From: an uncultured SAR86 cluster bacterium
GTDB taxonomy: Bacteria; Pseudomonadota; Gammaproteobacteria; Magnimaribacterales; AG-339-G14
NCBI GenBank assembly: GCA_902514765.1
Contig: CABXSA010000003.1
Span: forward strand, 2,537-66,536
Reading direction: 5' to 3'
DNA length: 64,000 nt
In this document: piece after piece, positions 38,057-48,759 of the stretch
Layout of the letters: every line of letters starts with the position of its first letter
Numbering within the stretch: position 1 is the stretch's first letter
The notes under the pieces: model-generated
Database searches by the model: none
The model's input: only the letters and a program-made list of their open reading frames with translations
Told to the model about the DNA's origin: nothing
Translations under genes and position numbers: made by a program

Positions 38057-39211
38057 ATGTCTGAGTATAAAACTTTCACATCTGAATCTGTATCTGAAGG
38101 TCACCCTGATAAAATGTGTGATCAAATCTCTGATGCGATTCTAGATGCATATTTAAAAGAAGATCCAGAGGCTAGAGTAGCTTGCGAGACCTTAGTTAAA
38201 ACAGATTTGGTTGTAATCGCAGGAGAAATAACTTCCTCTGCCAAACCAAATCTAGAAAAAGTTATTCGAGAAGTAATCAATGAAATTGGCTATGATAATG
38301 ATGACTTAGGATTCAATGGTAATAACGTTGAAATAATAAATGCCATTGGACAACAGTCAGTAGATATAGCTGCAGGGGTAGACGAAGGTTCTGGAACCGA
38401 TTTAGATCAAGGAGCGGGTGACCAAGGTTTAATGTTTGGTTACGCAACCAACGAGACTGATGTTCTTATGCCTGCTCCTATTCACTATTCCCATCTGCTA
38501 GTTAAAAAACAATCCGAGGTTAGAAAAAATGGAAAGTTGGATTGGCTGAGGCCGGATGCAAAAAGTCAGTTGAGTTTTTTATATGATGATGAGGGGAACC
38601 CATTAAGCGTTTCGGCAATAGTCTTATCAACTCAGCATGTACCGGATGTAAATGCAAAAGCCATTGAAGAAGGAGTTATGGAAGAAATTATTAAGCCTGT
38701 TATTCCAGATGCATGGCTTAATAAAGATACCAAAATTTACATTAATCCAACAGGAAGCTTTGTGATAGGCGGTCCTGTGGGAGATTGTGGATTAACGGGA
38801 AGAAAAATAATTGTAGATACTTATGGTGGCATGGCTAGACATGGTGGAGGTGCTTTTTCTGGTAAAGACCCTTCCAAAGTAGATCGATCTGCTGCTTATG
38901 CCGGAAGATATGTAGCTAAAAATATTGTTGCTGCCGGTCTTGCAGATAAATGTGAAATTCAAGTTTCCTATGCTATTGGAGTGGCTGAGCCTACCTCCAT
39001 CAGTATCAATACATTTGATACAAATAAAATAGAAGAACCAAAAATTGTAGAATTGATAGAAGAGAATTTTGAACTAAAGCCAAAAAAACTTATCAAAATG
39101 TTAGATCTCAAAAAGCCTATTTATCAACTAACTGCTTCATACGGTCATTTTGGAAGAGAAGAAGGAAGTTTTTCTTGGGAATCTACTGATAAAATAGAAC
39201 AACTTAAATAA
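38057..39211 (+). CDS. metK: S-adenosylmethionine synthetase
   Basis: [28 protein letters not shown]. Confidence 0.98.
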   Translation: MSEYKTFTSESVSEGHPDKMCDQISDAILDAYLKEDPEARVACETLVKTDLVVIAGEITSSAKPNLEKVIREVINEIGYDNDDLGFNGNNVEIINAIGQQSVDIAAGVDEGSGTDLDQGAGDQGLMFGYATNETDVLMPAPIHYSHLLVKKQSEVRKNGKLDWLRPDAKSQLSFLYDDEGNPLSVSAIVLSTQHVPDVNAKAIEEGVMEEIIKPVIPDAWLNKDTKIYINPTGSFVIGGPVGDCGLTGRKIIVDTYGGMARHGGGAFSGKDPSKVDRSAAYAGRYVAKNIVAAGLADKCEIQVSYAIGVAEPTSISINTFDTNKIEEPKIVELIEENFELKPKKLIKMLDLKKPIYQLTASYGHFGREEGSFSWESTDKIEQLK

Positions 39212-39213
39212 TT

Positions 39214-40590
39214 ATGGAATTTAAAGACTACAAAGTAAAAGATATCTCTCTTGCAGAGTTTGGAAGAAAAGAAATAGAACTAGCCGAATCTGAAATGCCA
39301 GCTTTGATTAAACTAAGGGAAAGGTACGGAAAGGATAAACCTTTGCAAGGTGCGAAAATTATGGGCTGCATACACATGACTATCCAAACTGCAGTTCTTA
39401 TAGAAACTTTGGTTGAATTAGGAGCGTCTGTGAGATGGTCATCTTGTAATATTTTTTCTACCCAAGATCATGCTGCAGCAGCTATTGCACAAAAAGGAAT
39501 TCCAGTTTTTGCATGGAAAGGTATGAATGAGGAAGAGTTTGATTGGTGTATAGAGCAAACCATCCTGTCAGATGGCAAGCCTTGGGATGCAAATATGATT
39601 TTGGATGATGGTGGTGACCTGACTGCTATGGTGCATGAAAAATATCCAGAAATGTTAGAAAGTATTAATGGTATTTCTGAAGAAACTACGACTGGGGTTT
39701 TGAGATTATATGAGATGCTAGAAAAAGGTACACTTAAGGTACCAGCTATCAATGTGAACGACTCAGTAACAAAATCTAAAAACGATAACAAGTATGGATG
39801 TAGACATAGTTTGAATGATGCCATTAAACGTGGAACAGATATGTTGCTCTCTGGAAGAAAAGCTCTTGTTTTTGGTTATGGTGATGTTGGAAAAGGTTCT
39901 GCTATGAGCCTCAGACAAGAAGGAATGGTAGTTAAAATTACAGAAATTGATCCTATTTGTGCTATGCAAGCTTGTATGGACGGTTATGAAGTTGTTTCGC
40001 CCTATCTAAATGGTGAAAACTTAAACAATGATGCTTCCATTAATAAGGTCCTCCTCAGTGATATAGATCTTGTTGTAACGGCTACAGGTAACTTCAACGT
40101 TTGTGACAAACATATCTTGAACAATTTAAAATCTGGAGCAATTGTCAGTAATATCGGTCACTTTGACAACGAGATAGATACACAATACATGAGGGACGAA
40201 TGGACTTGGGAAGAGATTAAACCTCAAGTGCATAAGATTTATAGAGGTCCTAAAGATAACAGAGATTATCTACTTCTTTTAGCAGAAGGTAGATTAGTAA
40301 ATCTTGGTAATGCAACTGGTCATCCTTCAAGAATTATGGATGGTTCCTTTGCCAATCAAGTTCTTGCACAAATACTTTTATACAAACAAGGTTTCGCATC
40401 AATTAATGACGAAACTTCAAAGCAAGAAATGTTAAAAGTTCAAGTTTTACCCATGGAACTAGACGAAGAAGTTGCATCTTATATGGTAGAAGGTTTTGGA
40501 GGAGTCATTACAAAGCTTACAAAAGATCAAGCTGACTACATAAATGTAGAAGTTGATGGACCTTATAAACCTGATTACTATAAGTATTAA
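39214..40590 (+). CDS. ahcY: S-adenosylhomocysteine hydrolase
   Basis: [41 protein letters not shown]. Confidence 0.98.
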   Translation: MEFKDYKVKDISLAEFGRKEIELAESEMPALIKLRERYGKDKPLQGAKIMGCIHMTIQTAVLIETLVELGASVRWSSCNIFSTQDHAAAAIAQKGIPVFAWKGMNEEEFDWCIEQTILSDGKPWDANMILDDGGDLTAMVHEKYPEMLESINGISEETTTGVLRLYEMLEKGTLKVPAINVNDSVTKSKNDNKYGCRHSLNDAIKRGTDMLLSGRKALVFGYGDVGKGSAMSLRQEGMVVKITEIDPICAMQACMDGYEVVSPYLNGENLNNDASINKVLLSDIDLVVTATGNFNVCDKHILNNLKSGAIVSNIGHFDNEIDTQYMRDEWTWEEIKPQVHKIYRGPKDNRDYLLLLAEGRLVNLGNATGHPSRIMDGSFANQVLAQILLYKQGFASINDETSKQEMLKVQVLPMELDEEVASYMVEGFGGVITKLTKDQADYINVEVDGPYKPDYYKY

Positions 40591-41975
40591 TGTCAAAAAA
40601 AAATCCCTCGTGGGGAGGCAGATTTTCCAAAAAACCTTCCCAAATTGCTCAGAATTTTTCATCCTCTGTTGATGTAGATCAAGTCCTCTATAGCCAAGAT
40701 ATCCAGGGTTCTATTGCTTATGCAGAGGCATTGATGGAAGCAAAAGTTCTTTCTAAAAATGAATACAATAAGATTAAGACTGGGCTTAAAAAAATAGAAA
40801 AGAAAATAGAATCAGATAATTTCAAATGGAATCCTGCTTTGGAAGATGTTCACATGAATATAGAAGCAGCCCTAGAAAAAGAAATTGGAGTAACTGCAAA
40901 AAAACTTCATACGGGAAGATCTAGAAACGATCAAGTTGTAACTGATTTTAAATTGTACTTATTGGAAAGAAGTAATGAGATTGAATCATTATTAAAAAGT
41001 TTAATGAAAAACTTGATTCTAAGAGCAGAAGGAGAATTAGAAACTCTAATGCCAGGTTTTACCCATCTGCAAAATGCTCAACCGATTAGTTTGGCGCATT
41101 ATCTTATGTCTTGGCATGAAATGATGAAAAGAGATCTAGAAAGATTTTTAATAACAAAAAAACAACTTAAGATCAGTCCGCTGGGTTCTGGAGCTTTATC
41201 TGGCAACAGATTTAAATTAGATAGGCAAAAACTAGCTAAGTCTTTGGGGTTCGATTCGGTTACAAGAAATTCTATAGATGCTGTTTCCGATAGAGATTTT
41301 GCTTTAGAAGTTGCTTTCAATGTAAGTGTGATGGCAATTCATTTTTCAAGAATATGTGAAGAACTGATTATTTGGTCTTCAACTCAGTTCAATTATGCTC
41401 AATTGCCTGAAGAATTGTGCACAGGTTCTTCGATAATGCCGCAAAAGAAAAATCCTGATATGGCTGAATTAGTGAGAGGAGGATCTGCTAAAACCATAGG
41501 TAATTTAATGACGTTATTAAGCTTAATGAAGAATCAACCTTTGGCTTATAACAGAGATAATCAAGAGGATAAGGAACCTATAATTAATTCTATAGAATTT
41601 GCTAATGAAGCATTGAGCATCATGAATGAAATGATAAAAGGAGTGTCTTTCAACAATGATCAAATGCTCGCTGATGTTTATGATGATTTCTTAACTGCAA
41701 CAGATCTTGCTGAGTATTTGGTAATCAAAGGAGTGCCATTTAGAGAAGCTCATGAGATTACTGGTAGCGCAGTGAAATATGCAGAAGAAAATGATCTTTT
41801 ATTATTTGAAATGTCGCTCGATGAATTTAAGAAAATTTCAAATAAGATCTCTCGAGACGTTTTTGATTACATTGATCCCAATGACTCTGTACAAGCAAAA
41901 ACTTCAATCGGAGGTACTGCTTTGCAACAAATAAAAAAAGAAATTAAAAGAGCAAAAAACTATTTAAAGAAATGA
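40590..41975 (+). CDS. argH: Argininosuccinate lyase
   Basis: WGGRF, LHTGRSRNDQV, GSSIMPQKKNPD. Confidence 0.97.
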   Translation: MSKKNPSWGGRFSKKPSQIAQNFSSSVDVDQVLYSQDIQGSIAYAEALMEAKVLSKNEYNKIKTGLKKIEKKIESDNFKWNPALEDVHMNIEAALEKEIGVTAKKLHTGRSRNDQVVTDFKLYLLERSNEIESLLKSLMKNLILRAEGELETLMPGFTHLQNAQPISLAHYLMSWHEMMKRDLERFLITKKQLKISPLGSGALSGNRFKLDRQKLAKSLGFDSVTRNSIDAVSDRDFALEVAFNVSVMAIHFSRICEELIIWSSTQFNYAQLPEELCTGSSIMPQKKNPDMAELVRGGSAKTIGNLMTLLSLMKNQPLAYNRDNQEDKEPIINSIEFANEALSIMNEMIKGVSFNNDQMLADVYDDFLTATDLAEYLVIKGVPFREAHEITGSAVKYAEENDLLLFEMSLDEFKKISNKISRDVFDYIDPNDSVQAKTSIGGTALQQIKKEIKRAKNYLKK

Positions 41976-42091
41976 AAATTTTTTTACTTGGGTTATGTCT
42001 AATGTGTTTCGGCTTTTTTAGCTCATGTGGCATAAAAGGTCCTTTATATTTACCTGAAGAAAAAGAAATCAATGAATTTGAAGCATTTTAA
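41972..42091 (+). CDS. lptM: Small lipoprotein LptM/YifL (39 aa; absent from ORF track)
   Basis: Hand translation MKIFLLGLCLMCFGFFSSCGIKGPLYLPEEKEINEFEAF; CGxKGPLYLP signature; upstream of lysA-dapF. Confidence 0.9.
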   Translation: MKIFLLGLCLMCFGFFSSCGIKGPLYLPEEKEINEFEAF

Positions 42092-43292
42092 TTTTAAGGA
42101 AGGTATCTTATATATGGAAGATACGAATTTACTTGAGCTCAGTGAAAGCTTAGAAACGCCCTTTTACGCTTATTCTGTTGAATCAATTAGAGAAAATTGT
42201 CGCTCTTATAAAAAAAACTTATCTTCCTCTGACCTTGCTTGTTATGCAGTAAAAGCTAACAGTAATTTAAGTATTTTATCTTTGATAAAAGATGAAGGCT
42301 TGGGTTTTGACGTGGTCTCTGGGGGTGAATTGAAAAGAGTTCTGAAAATTGGTGCAGATCCAAAGAAAATTGTTTTTTCTGGAGTGGGTAAAACCAAAGA
42401 AGAATTAAAACTGGCCTGTGATCAAGAAATATTTTCCATCAACGTAGAATCTGAATATGAATTGGAACTGCTGGAGGAACTTAAAAAAAGACCAAGAATC
42501 TCTTTTAGGATAAACCCAGATATTGCTGCGGAATCTCATCCTTATATTGAAACTGGTAAGGCCGATTGCAAATTTGGTATTTCTGAAGAAGAGGCTCTAA
42601 TCTTGGCAAAAAGGTATGGAGTTGAAAAAATTAATTTAGTAGGTGTGTCAGCTCATATTGGATCTCAAATAACTAATTCAGACTTACTTGTTGAAGCATA
42701 TGAAAAGCTTGAAAAATTAGCGGATCAATTGACTTCTTTAGGATTTGAGATAGATCACATAGATGTAGGCGGTGGCTTAGCTATTGACTATGAATTAGAA
42801 AAGAATTTTTCACCTGACGAACTCATAAAAAAATTAAAGAACTTTTCTTCAAAATATAACTTAACACTAGAGCCAGGACGCTCCATTGTTGCTCAAGCTG
42901 GAGTTTTGATAACTAAAGTACTGGGCATTAAAGAGAATGGTAGTCAAAAGTTTCTTATTGTCGATGCTGGCATGAATGATTTGATGAGACCTTCGCTTTA
43001 TAGCGCAAGGCACAAAATAGATAATCTATTGGAATCTTCTGAAAAAAAAGATCTTTATTCTGTTGTTGGTCCTGTCTGTGAGACAGCTGACAGTTTTGGT
43101 GCGGGATTTGAAGTGAATGCAACTAGCGGAGATTTTTTAGCAATATATTCAGCTGGCGCATATGGCTCGAGTATGGGTTCTAATTATAATACCCGTCTCA
43201 AACCTGCTGAAATACTAGTTGATGAAGAAAATCATAAAGTCATTAGAAAAGCTGAGACTTTTGATGACCTTATTAAAGAAGAGGAAATTTAA
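42072..43292 (+). CDS. lysA: Diaminopimelate decarboxylase
   Basis: YAVKANS, HIGSQI, DVGGG, LEPGRSI, GPVCETAD, SNYNTR. Confidence 0.96.
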   Translation: MNLKHFNFKEGILYMEDTNLLELSESLETPFYAYSVESIRENCRSYKKNLSSSDLACYAVKANSNLSILSLIKDEGLGFDVVSGGELKRVLKIGADPKKIVFSGVGKTKEELKLACDQEIFSINVESEYELELLEELKKRPRISFRINPDIAAESHPYIETGKADCKFGISEEEALILAKRYGVEKINLVGVSAHIGSQITNSDLLVEAYEKLEKLADQLTSLGFEIDHIDVGGGLAIDYELEKNFSPDELIKKLKNFSSKYNLTLEPGRSIVAQAGVLITKVLGIKENGSQKFLIVDAGMNDLMRPSLYSARHKIDNLLESSEKKDLYSVVGPVCETADSFGAGFEVNATSGDFLAIYSAGAYGSSMGSNYNTRLKPAEILVDEENHKVIRKAETFDDLIKEEEI

Positions 43293-44107
43293 TGCCATTA
43301 ATCCAGTTTATGGAGGCTTTAGGAAATAACTTCATAGTTGTAGATTCAGTAACGCAAAATTTCTCTTTCTCCAAAAAAATCATCTCTAAATTTATCGATA
43401 AGGATGATTTCCTTGAGTTTGACCAAGTGCTGGTTATAGAACCTCCAGAAAAAGAAATTGCAGATTTTTCAGTAAAAATATTTAACCAAGATGGAAGTGA
43501 AGCAGAAAATTGTGTCAATGGGATGAGATGTGTTGCCAGATATTTAGCCGATAAAGAAATATCGATCAATGAAGATGTGAAGCTTCTTATAGGTACAAAT
43601 CTTGTTTCAGTTAAAAGAAATAAAAATGATTTTGTGGTGGAAAATATATTTTCACTCTCCCCTCAAGAAATTGGTCTCAATAACAATGAGCAAATATTCG
43701 AAGTTGAATTTGAAAATAAAAAAATTTCATGTTTCACAGTTTCTATAGGCAATCCACATGCTGTAATTTTTAATGATGAATTTGACGTGGATGTGAAAAA
43801 GTTTGGAACATTTTTGCAAGAAAGTACTTTTTTCATAAATGGCATCAATGTTGGCTTTATTCAAATAAAAAACTCAAATGAAATAAATTTAAGAGTCTTT
43901 GAGAGAGGAGTTGGTGAAACTCAAGCTTGTGGTAGCGGCGCTTGTGCGGCAGCTGTTGCGTGTGCCATTCAAAAAAAACTCAGCTCAGAGTTAAAAATAA
44001 ACTTTCATCAAGGACAGGTATTCACTAAAGTGGATTTAGATGAATCAAAAGTTCTTCTTCAAGGAAGTGCTGAATACAGAAAACAAGATGTTTTATTGAA
44101 TTTTTAA
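43292..44107 (+). CDS. dapF: Diaminopimelate epimerase
   Basis: LGNNF, IFNQDGSEAENCVNG, GNPH, ERGVGETQACGSG. Confidence 0.93.
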   Translation: MPLIQFMEALGNNFIVVDSVTQNFSFSKKIISKFIDKDDFLEFDQVLVIEPPEKEIADFSVKIFNQDGSEAENCVNGMRCVARYLADKEISINEDVKLLIGTNLVSVKRNKNDFVVENIFSLSPQEIGLNNNEQIFEVEFENKKISCFTVSIGNPHAVIFNDEFDVDVKKFGTFLQESTFFINGINVGFIQIKNSNEINLRVFERGVGETQACGSGACAAAVACAIQKKLSSELKINFHQGQVFTKVDLDESKVLLQGSAEYRKQDVLLNF

Positions 44108-44109
44108 AA

Positions 44110-44793
44110 ATGAAACTTTTTAATAAATCTCTAAAACCCGAAGAGGTCGTAAACTTCTTGAAAGAAAATCCTGAGTTTTTTATAGATCATCCAGAAGTTA
44201 TAGAATACCTTGAGATAAGACACGAATCCGGTGAAGCAGTAAGCTTTATTGAAAAGCAAGTTGAATTCATAAAATCCAAGAATTTAGCAACCAGCACACA
44301 ACTCAAGGATTTTATTTTCAACGCAAATGTGAATGAGCTACTTTTTGCAAAGGTTAGAAAACTGATAAGCATCATTCTGAATTCCGAAGACTTAGAAAAT
44401 TTGTTAACAGCTACAGAAAGTTTTTTTACTAAAGAGCTTGGTACGGAAAAGTGTAAATTATTATTCTTTACTCAAGAAGAACTATATCGAGTACCTGAAA
44501 AAAGAATAATTGAGCCGGAGATAGCTACTGAGATTTTTTCTAATATTTTTAAAGAAGTAGATGTTTTCTTAGGGAAGATTTCTCATGGAATCACCTCACT
44601 TACTTTCGGTGGAGAATCTAATATCAAAGAAGCAGTTATCGCAAAACTGAACTCTGAAAAAATTGCAGGAATTTTCATACTAGGTTCTTCGGAAGATGAA
44701 AAATACACTCCCGAACAAGATACTTTGTTTCTAAGTTTTATAGTTGAAGTTTTAAGCCATCAAATAGACAGATTAATTGAAAACCGAGATTAG
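44110..44793 (+). CDS. DUF484 (YigA-like) protein
   Basis: FLKENPEFF..HP, AVSFIEKQV, DTLFLSFI; between dapF and xerC. Confidence 0.88.
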   Translation: MKLFNKSLKPEEVVNFLKENPEFFIDHPEVIEYLEIRHESGEAVSFIEKQVEFIKSKNLATSTQLKDFIFNANVNELLFAKVRKLISIILNSEDLENLLTATESFFTKELGTEKCKLLFFTQEELYRVPEKRIIEPEIATEIFSNIFKEVDVFLGKISHGITSLTFGGESNIKEAVIAKLNSEKIAGIFILGSSEDEKYTPEQDTLFLSFIVEVLSHQIDRLIENRD

Positions 44794-45676
44794 TAAATTA
44801 ATAGAATCTTTTTTAAGCTTTCTTAAAGATAATCGTAATTATTCAGAACATACTCTTAAGAGTTACAAAAATGATTTAAATAAATTTGAAGTCTTTCTGG
44901 CTGAAAATAAAATTATAAATATTACCAAAGTTAATAATCACCTCTTAAGAAATTTTTTAGGTCTGCACAGAAGAAAGGGACTTAATCCGAAAAGTCTAGC
45001 TAGAATTTTATCTACCCTAAGAAGTTTTTTTAAATTTCTTAAATCAGAAGGCAAGTTCATAAACGATCCAACAGTTGGTATCAGCGCACCTAAGCAAGAT
45101 GCCCTTCTACCTAAAGCCTTAGATACCGACATGATCGATAAACTCTTGAATTTTGAACCAAAAAGTTGGATAGAACATCGAGATAAAGCGATGATGGAAT
45201 TGATTTACTCCTCAGGATTAAGACTCTCAGAACTTTGTTCCTTAAACTTAAAAGATCTTTTACTGGAAGAACAAATGTGCCGAGTCCTAGGTAAAGGTAA
45301 TAAAGAAAGGCTTTGTCCTGTTGGCTCTAAGGCAATTGAGGCTTTGGAAAAATGGTTCATACATAGAACAACCATAGCCAATCAAGATGAAACTTCAGTC
45401 TTTGTTAATAAAGAGGGTAATCGACTAGGTCCAAGGACAGTACAAATTAGACTTAAAAAAATTAGTCAAGACAGAGGCTTGCCTTACATTCATCCCCACA
45501 TGTTGAGACATTCTTTCGCAACCCATATTTTGGAATCCAGTGGAGACCTGAGAGCTGTTCAAGAATTATTAGGACATGCTAATCTAAGTACAACTCAAAT
45601 ATATACAAAATTGGATTTCCAGCATTTGGCTAAGGTTTATGATAAAAGCCACCCTCATGCAAAAAATAAAAAATGA
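44777..45676 (+). CDS. xerC: Tyrosine recombinase XerC
   Basis: GLRLSEL, GKGNKER, HPHMLRHSFATH, LGHANLSTTQIYT; dapF-yigA-xerC-yigB synteny. Confidence 0.95.
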   Translation: MKTEISKLIESFLSFLKDNRNYSEHTLKSYKNDLNKFEVFLAENKIINITKVNNHLLRNFLGLHRRKGLNPKSLARILSTLRSFFKFLKSEGKFINDPTVGISAPKQDALLPKALDTDMIDKLLNFEPKSWIEHRDKAMMELIYSSGLRLSELCSLNLKDLLLEEQMCRVLGKGNKERLCPVGSKAIEALEKWFIHRTTIANQDETSVFVNKEGNRLGPRTVQIRLKKISQDRGLPYIHPHMLRHSFATHILESSGDLRAVQELLGHANLSTTQIYTKLDFQHLAKVYDKSHPHAKNKK

Positions 45677-46371
45677 AAATTAAAGCAGTAACTTTCGATC
45701 TCGACGATACCTTATGGCCCCTTCGTGAAGTCATCATCCATGCGCATAAAGAATCCAATAACTGGATCATCGATAAATTTCCAAATATGTCCAAAGTGTT
45801 GTTCTCAGAGCAGGAACAAAAAATGTGGCAAAAACTCATCGCTAAAGATAATTCTCTCAGACATCGCTTATCTGAACTACGCATAAAAGTTATAGAGACT
45901 TTATTGTTAGAAAATGGTGTCCCTGATGAAGATGCAAAAGCTACGTCAAAAGATGCTTTCGATATTTTTTTAAAACTTCGTCACGATATTACATATTTCG
46001 ATGGAACTATAGAAGTTCTTGAATCATTAAAAAATAAATACACATTGGGTGTTTTGACCAATGGAAATGCCAGCATTGAAACTTTAAAGATTGATCATTT
46101 ATTTGATTTTTATCTGAATGCCGAAATGGTAAACGATAGTAAACCAGGCCCGAAGATGTTTGAAGAAGCTCTAGAAATAATGCAACTACAGCCTGAGGAA
46201 GTCTGTCATGTGGGTGATCACCCAGAAAATGATGTTGAAGCTGCTATGAATTTAGGAATGAAAGCTGTGTGGTTAAACTTACTAGATGGAAAGTGGCCAC
46301 AAGGGAAAAAGCCAGCTGACATTGACATTGAATCATGGTGGAACCTAGAGAAAGGAATAGAGAGTCTATAA
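45673..46371 (+). CDS. HAD hydrolase (YigB-like)
   Basis: FDLDDTLW, LTNGN, KP, HVGDHPEND. Confidence 0.9.
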   Translation: MKIKAVTFDLDDTLWPLREVIIHAHKESNNWIIDKFPNMSKVLFSEQEQKMWQKLIAKDNSLRHRLSELRIKVIETLLLENGVPDEDAKATSKDAFDIFLKLRHDITYFDGTIEVLESLKNKYTLGVLTNGNASIETLKIDHLFDFYLNAEMVNDSKPGPKMFEEALEIMQLQPEEVCHVGDHPENDVEAAMNLGMKAVWLNLLDGKWPQGKKPADIDIESWWNLEKGIESL

Positions 46372-46683
46372 AGAATTCAATATGTAACTGACTGCGCTTT
46401 CTAGTTCTCGGTCAGTACAATTCATGCATAAACCCATTGCAGGCATTCCCCTGAGGCCATTTTTAACACTTAAAGTTAGCTCATCTAGGCTTTTATTGAC
46501 TCTATAGCCCCATGAAGATTTATCTCCAAAAATTGGGGCCCCTGCTAAACCATTTTGATGGCAAACGGCACAGGCAACATCGTAAACAGTATTACCGTTT
46601 CTTGAAGGTTTTTCTTCAGAGAAGATTAAAGAAGAATTGAAAAGAAAGTAAATTATTAAAAAGTAAAAAAATGATTTAAGCAA
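46366..46683 (-). CDS. Cytochrome c5 (heme domain only)
   Basis: Signal peptide; CAVCH..G..GAP..GD...W; MPAMGLCMNC (Met ligand plus c5 disulfide). Confidence 0.9.
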   Translation of the reverse strand: MLKSFFYFLIIYFLFNSSLIFSEEKPSRNGNTVYDVACAVCHQNGLAGAPIFGDKSSWGYRVNKSLDELTLSVKNGLRGMPAMGLCMNCTDRELESAVSYILNSL

Positions 46684-46688
46684 AATAA

Positions 46689-47297
46689 TTACAGTCTGGA
46701 TAAATAGTCATCTAATCTTTCTTGATTCATCACGAAAGTAGATTTTATCTGACTCGCAGCTGACTTTACTTCATCTAAATTGACTGCTTCTCCTACTTGA
46801 ATGACGCCAACCATAGCCATCATTGCATGAGGCGTACAATTGTAAACGTATACACCTTCTGCATCTAACGTGACACTGATACCCTCGTTGATAGTTCCAT
46901 TCCAACTCTTTGCATTGGATGGAATCATATTAGGAAAAGAAGCTGAATTATGCATTGGATCGACAAGAACGAAATTTATTGTATCTCCAACTGATACTTT
47001 TAAAACAGGAGGTTCAAAAACCATAGTTCCATCTGCTCCAGAGTTAAGCATTTTTACTTCGTGCACACTTCCTTCAGATAATTTTACTTTATTTGAGGTA
47101 ACAGGTTCAGCTGCCATACTAGTATTCAAAGCAACTTTATAGCCGGGCCCAGAAGATTCTATTCCGCAGTCATCTGTTTTTAAACATACACTGGCTACAG
47201 AAGAAACTCGGTCACGAATTGCGTCTTCACGCATGTCCGCGGGAACCGCTGTAGAAGATAAAATAAGCGAAAACAAAGCAAGATATAATTTTTTCAT
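46689..47297 (-). CDS. Pseudoazurin-type blue copper protein with cytochrome c5-like N-terminal arm
   Basis: VKMLNSGADGTMVFEP, HN, YNCTPHAMMAM (His/Cys/His/Met type 1 Cu); arm DAIRDRVSSVASVCLKTDDC. Confidence 0.88.
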   Translation of the reverse strand: MKKLYLALFSLILSSTAVPADMREDAIRDRVSSVASVCLKTDDCGIESSGPGYKVALNTSMAAEPVTSNKVKLSEGSVHEVKMLNSGADGTMVFEPPVLKVSVGDTINFVLVDPMHNSASFPNMIPSNAKSWNGTINEGISVTLDAEGVYVYNCTPHAMMAMVGVIQVGEAVNLDEVKSAASQIKSTFVMNQERLDDYLSRL

Positions 47298-47436
47298 GAT
47301 GCGATTATAGACCTCTGCATAAATAGTTTTAATTCTAGTAAAAAGAAAAGTTTAAGCTTATTTATAAATATTTTAAGTATCGGGTTCGATGTTCAGTGGT
47401 TCAGAACTTTTGCCTTTGAAATAAAAGATCTTTGGT

Positions 47437-48759
47437 TTAAGTACTGACTGGCTTACCAGCCTCAAGGTTTTCTTGTTCTTCATTGAATAAGATTTTTAAT
47501 TCAGATGAATTTATAGACTCTGTTAGGAAATCGTTTCCAACATTCAATTTGAGATGCCATTCTGACTCTTTGCTGATCTCATCCTTTACACACCCCTCTT
47601 CATAAAGTTTCGCGCGTGTAGCAGATGCGGTATGAGAAACTGAAACCCAGCCTTTAAATAGTCCATTGCTAGTTTGTTCCATTATTTTTTCTTTCAAAGA
47701 TTCAATTCCAATATTTTTTTCTGCTGAAATATAAAGTTCTCCAGGATTTTGAAACTCTAATTCTTGTTGTTTTCCAGCAGGAAGATTATCTACCTTGTTA
47801 TTGACTAAGAGTTGTGGGATATCATCAACGTTTAAGTCTTTTAAAATTCTTAGAACTTCTTTTTGTTTAAGATCTTTTTCCGGATCGTTTACATCGATTA
47901 AGTGAATTAGTAAATCGGCGGACCTGAGATCATCTAAAGTGGTTTTAAAAGATTCAATTAACTCTGTGGGTATTTCTGAAATAAAACCTACTGTATCTGT
48001 AAAAAGTATTGCTCTACTGCCGGGGCTGAGATTTTTCCTCGTAACTGAATCTAAAGTTGCAAAAAGCTGATCGGCTTTATATTCTTCGCCACCCGTTAAA
48101 GCATTGAAAAGTGTTGTTTTGCCTGCATTGGTATAACCAACTAATGCCACTATTTTATTTTTCCCTTTTTTTCTCGCATATCTATTTAAAGATTTTTGAT
48201 TATGGCTTTTTGTAAGTTTCTTCTTAAGTGCTTTGATCCTGTTGCCAATTAATCTTCTATCTGTTTCAAGTTGCGTTTCTCCTGGTCCTCGTAAACCAAT
48301 TCCACCTTTTTGTCTCTCTAAATGGCTCCACCCTCTAACCAGTCTTGTTGCCAAGTGAGATAACTGAGCAAGCTCAACTTGAAGTTTTCCGATGTGACTA
48401 AAAGCACGTTTGGCAAAAATATCCAGGATCAATCCAGTTCTATCTAAAACTCTTGCTTTCAGATAATGCTCGATATTTCTTTCTTGTGATGGCGACAAAG
48501 CATGGTTGAAAATGACTAGATCAATTTTGTCTTTATGCAGTGCTTGCTTGATTTCTTCCAGCTTTCCTTTTTGAATAAAGTATCTGGGTGATGCGAGTTC
48601 CTGCTTTCCTTTGATTTCGCCCAATATATTAGCGCCTGCCGAGCGCGTTAGATCTTTAAACTCTTCAAAAGAGTTTTCAAAATTTAAGATACGTCTAACT
48701 TTCGTAGTTTCTACCTGAACAAGTAGAGCTTTTTCAAAAAAGTTATTTTCGCTTTGCAT
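47437..48759 (-). CDS. hflX: Ribosome-splitting GTPase HflX
   Basis: LSPSQERN, RGPGETQLE, GYTNAGKT, LFATLD, DTVGF. Confidence 0.96.
   Translation of the reverse strand: MQSENNFFEKALLVQVETTKVRRILNFENSFEEFKDLTRSAGANILGEIKGKQELASPRYFIQKGKLEEIKQALHKDKIDLVIFNHALSPSQERNIEHYLKARVLDRTGLILDIFAKRAFSHIGKLQVELAQLSHLATRLVRGWSHLERQKGGIGLRGPGETQLETDRRLIGNRIKALKKKLTKSHNQKSLNRYARKKGKNKIVALVGYTNAGKTTLFNALTGGEEYKADQLFATLDSVTRKNLSPGSRAILFTDTVGFISEIPTELIESFKTTLDDLRSADLLIHLIDVNDPEKDLKQKEVLRILKDLNVDDIPQLLVNNKVDNLPAGKQQELEFQNPGELYISAEKNIGIESLKEKIMEQTSNGLFKGWVSVSHTASATRAKLYEEGCVKDEISKESEWHLKLNVGNDFLTESINSSELKILFNEEQENLEAGKPVST

Noticed and set aside
44777-45676. Tyrosine recombinase as a prophage or island integrase
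   Set aside because: Sequence and dapF-yigA-xerC-yigB context indicate housekeeping XerC
47380-47410. GGGTTCGAT resembling a tRNA T-loop
   Set aside because: No T-stem complement, cloverleaf or CCA end
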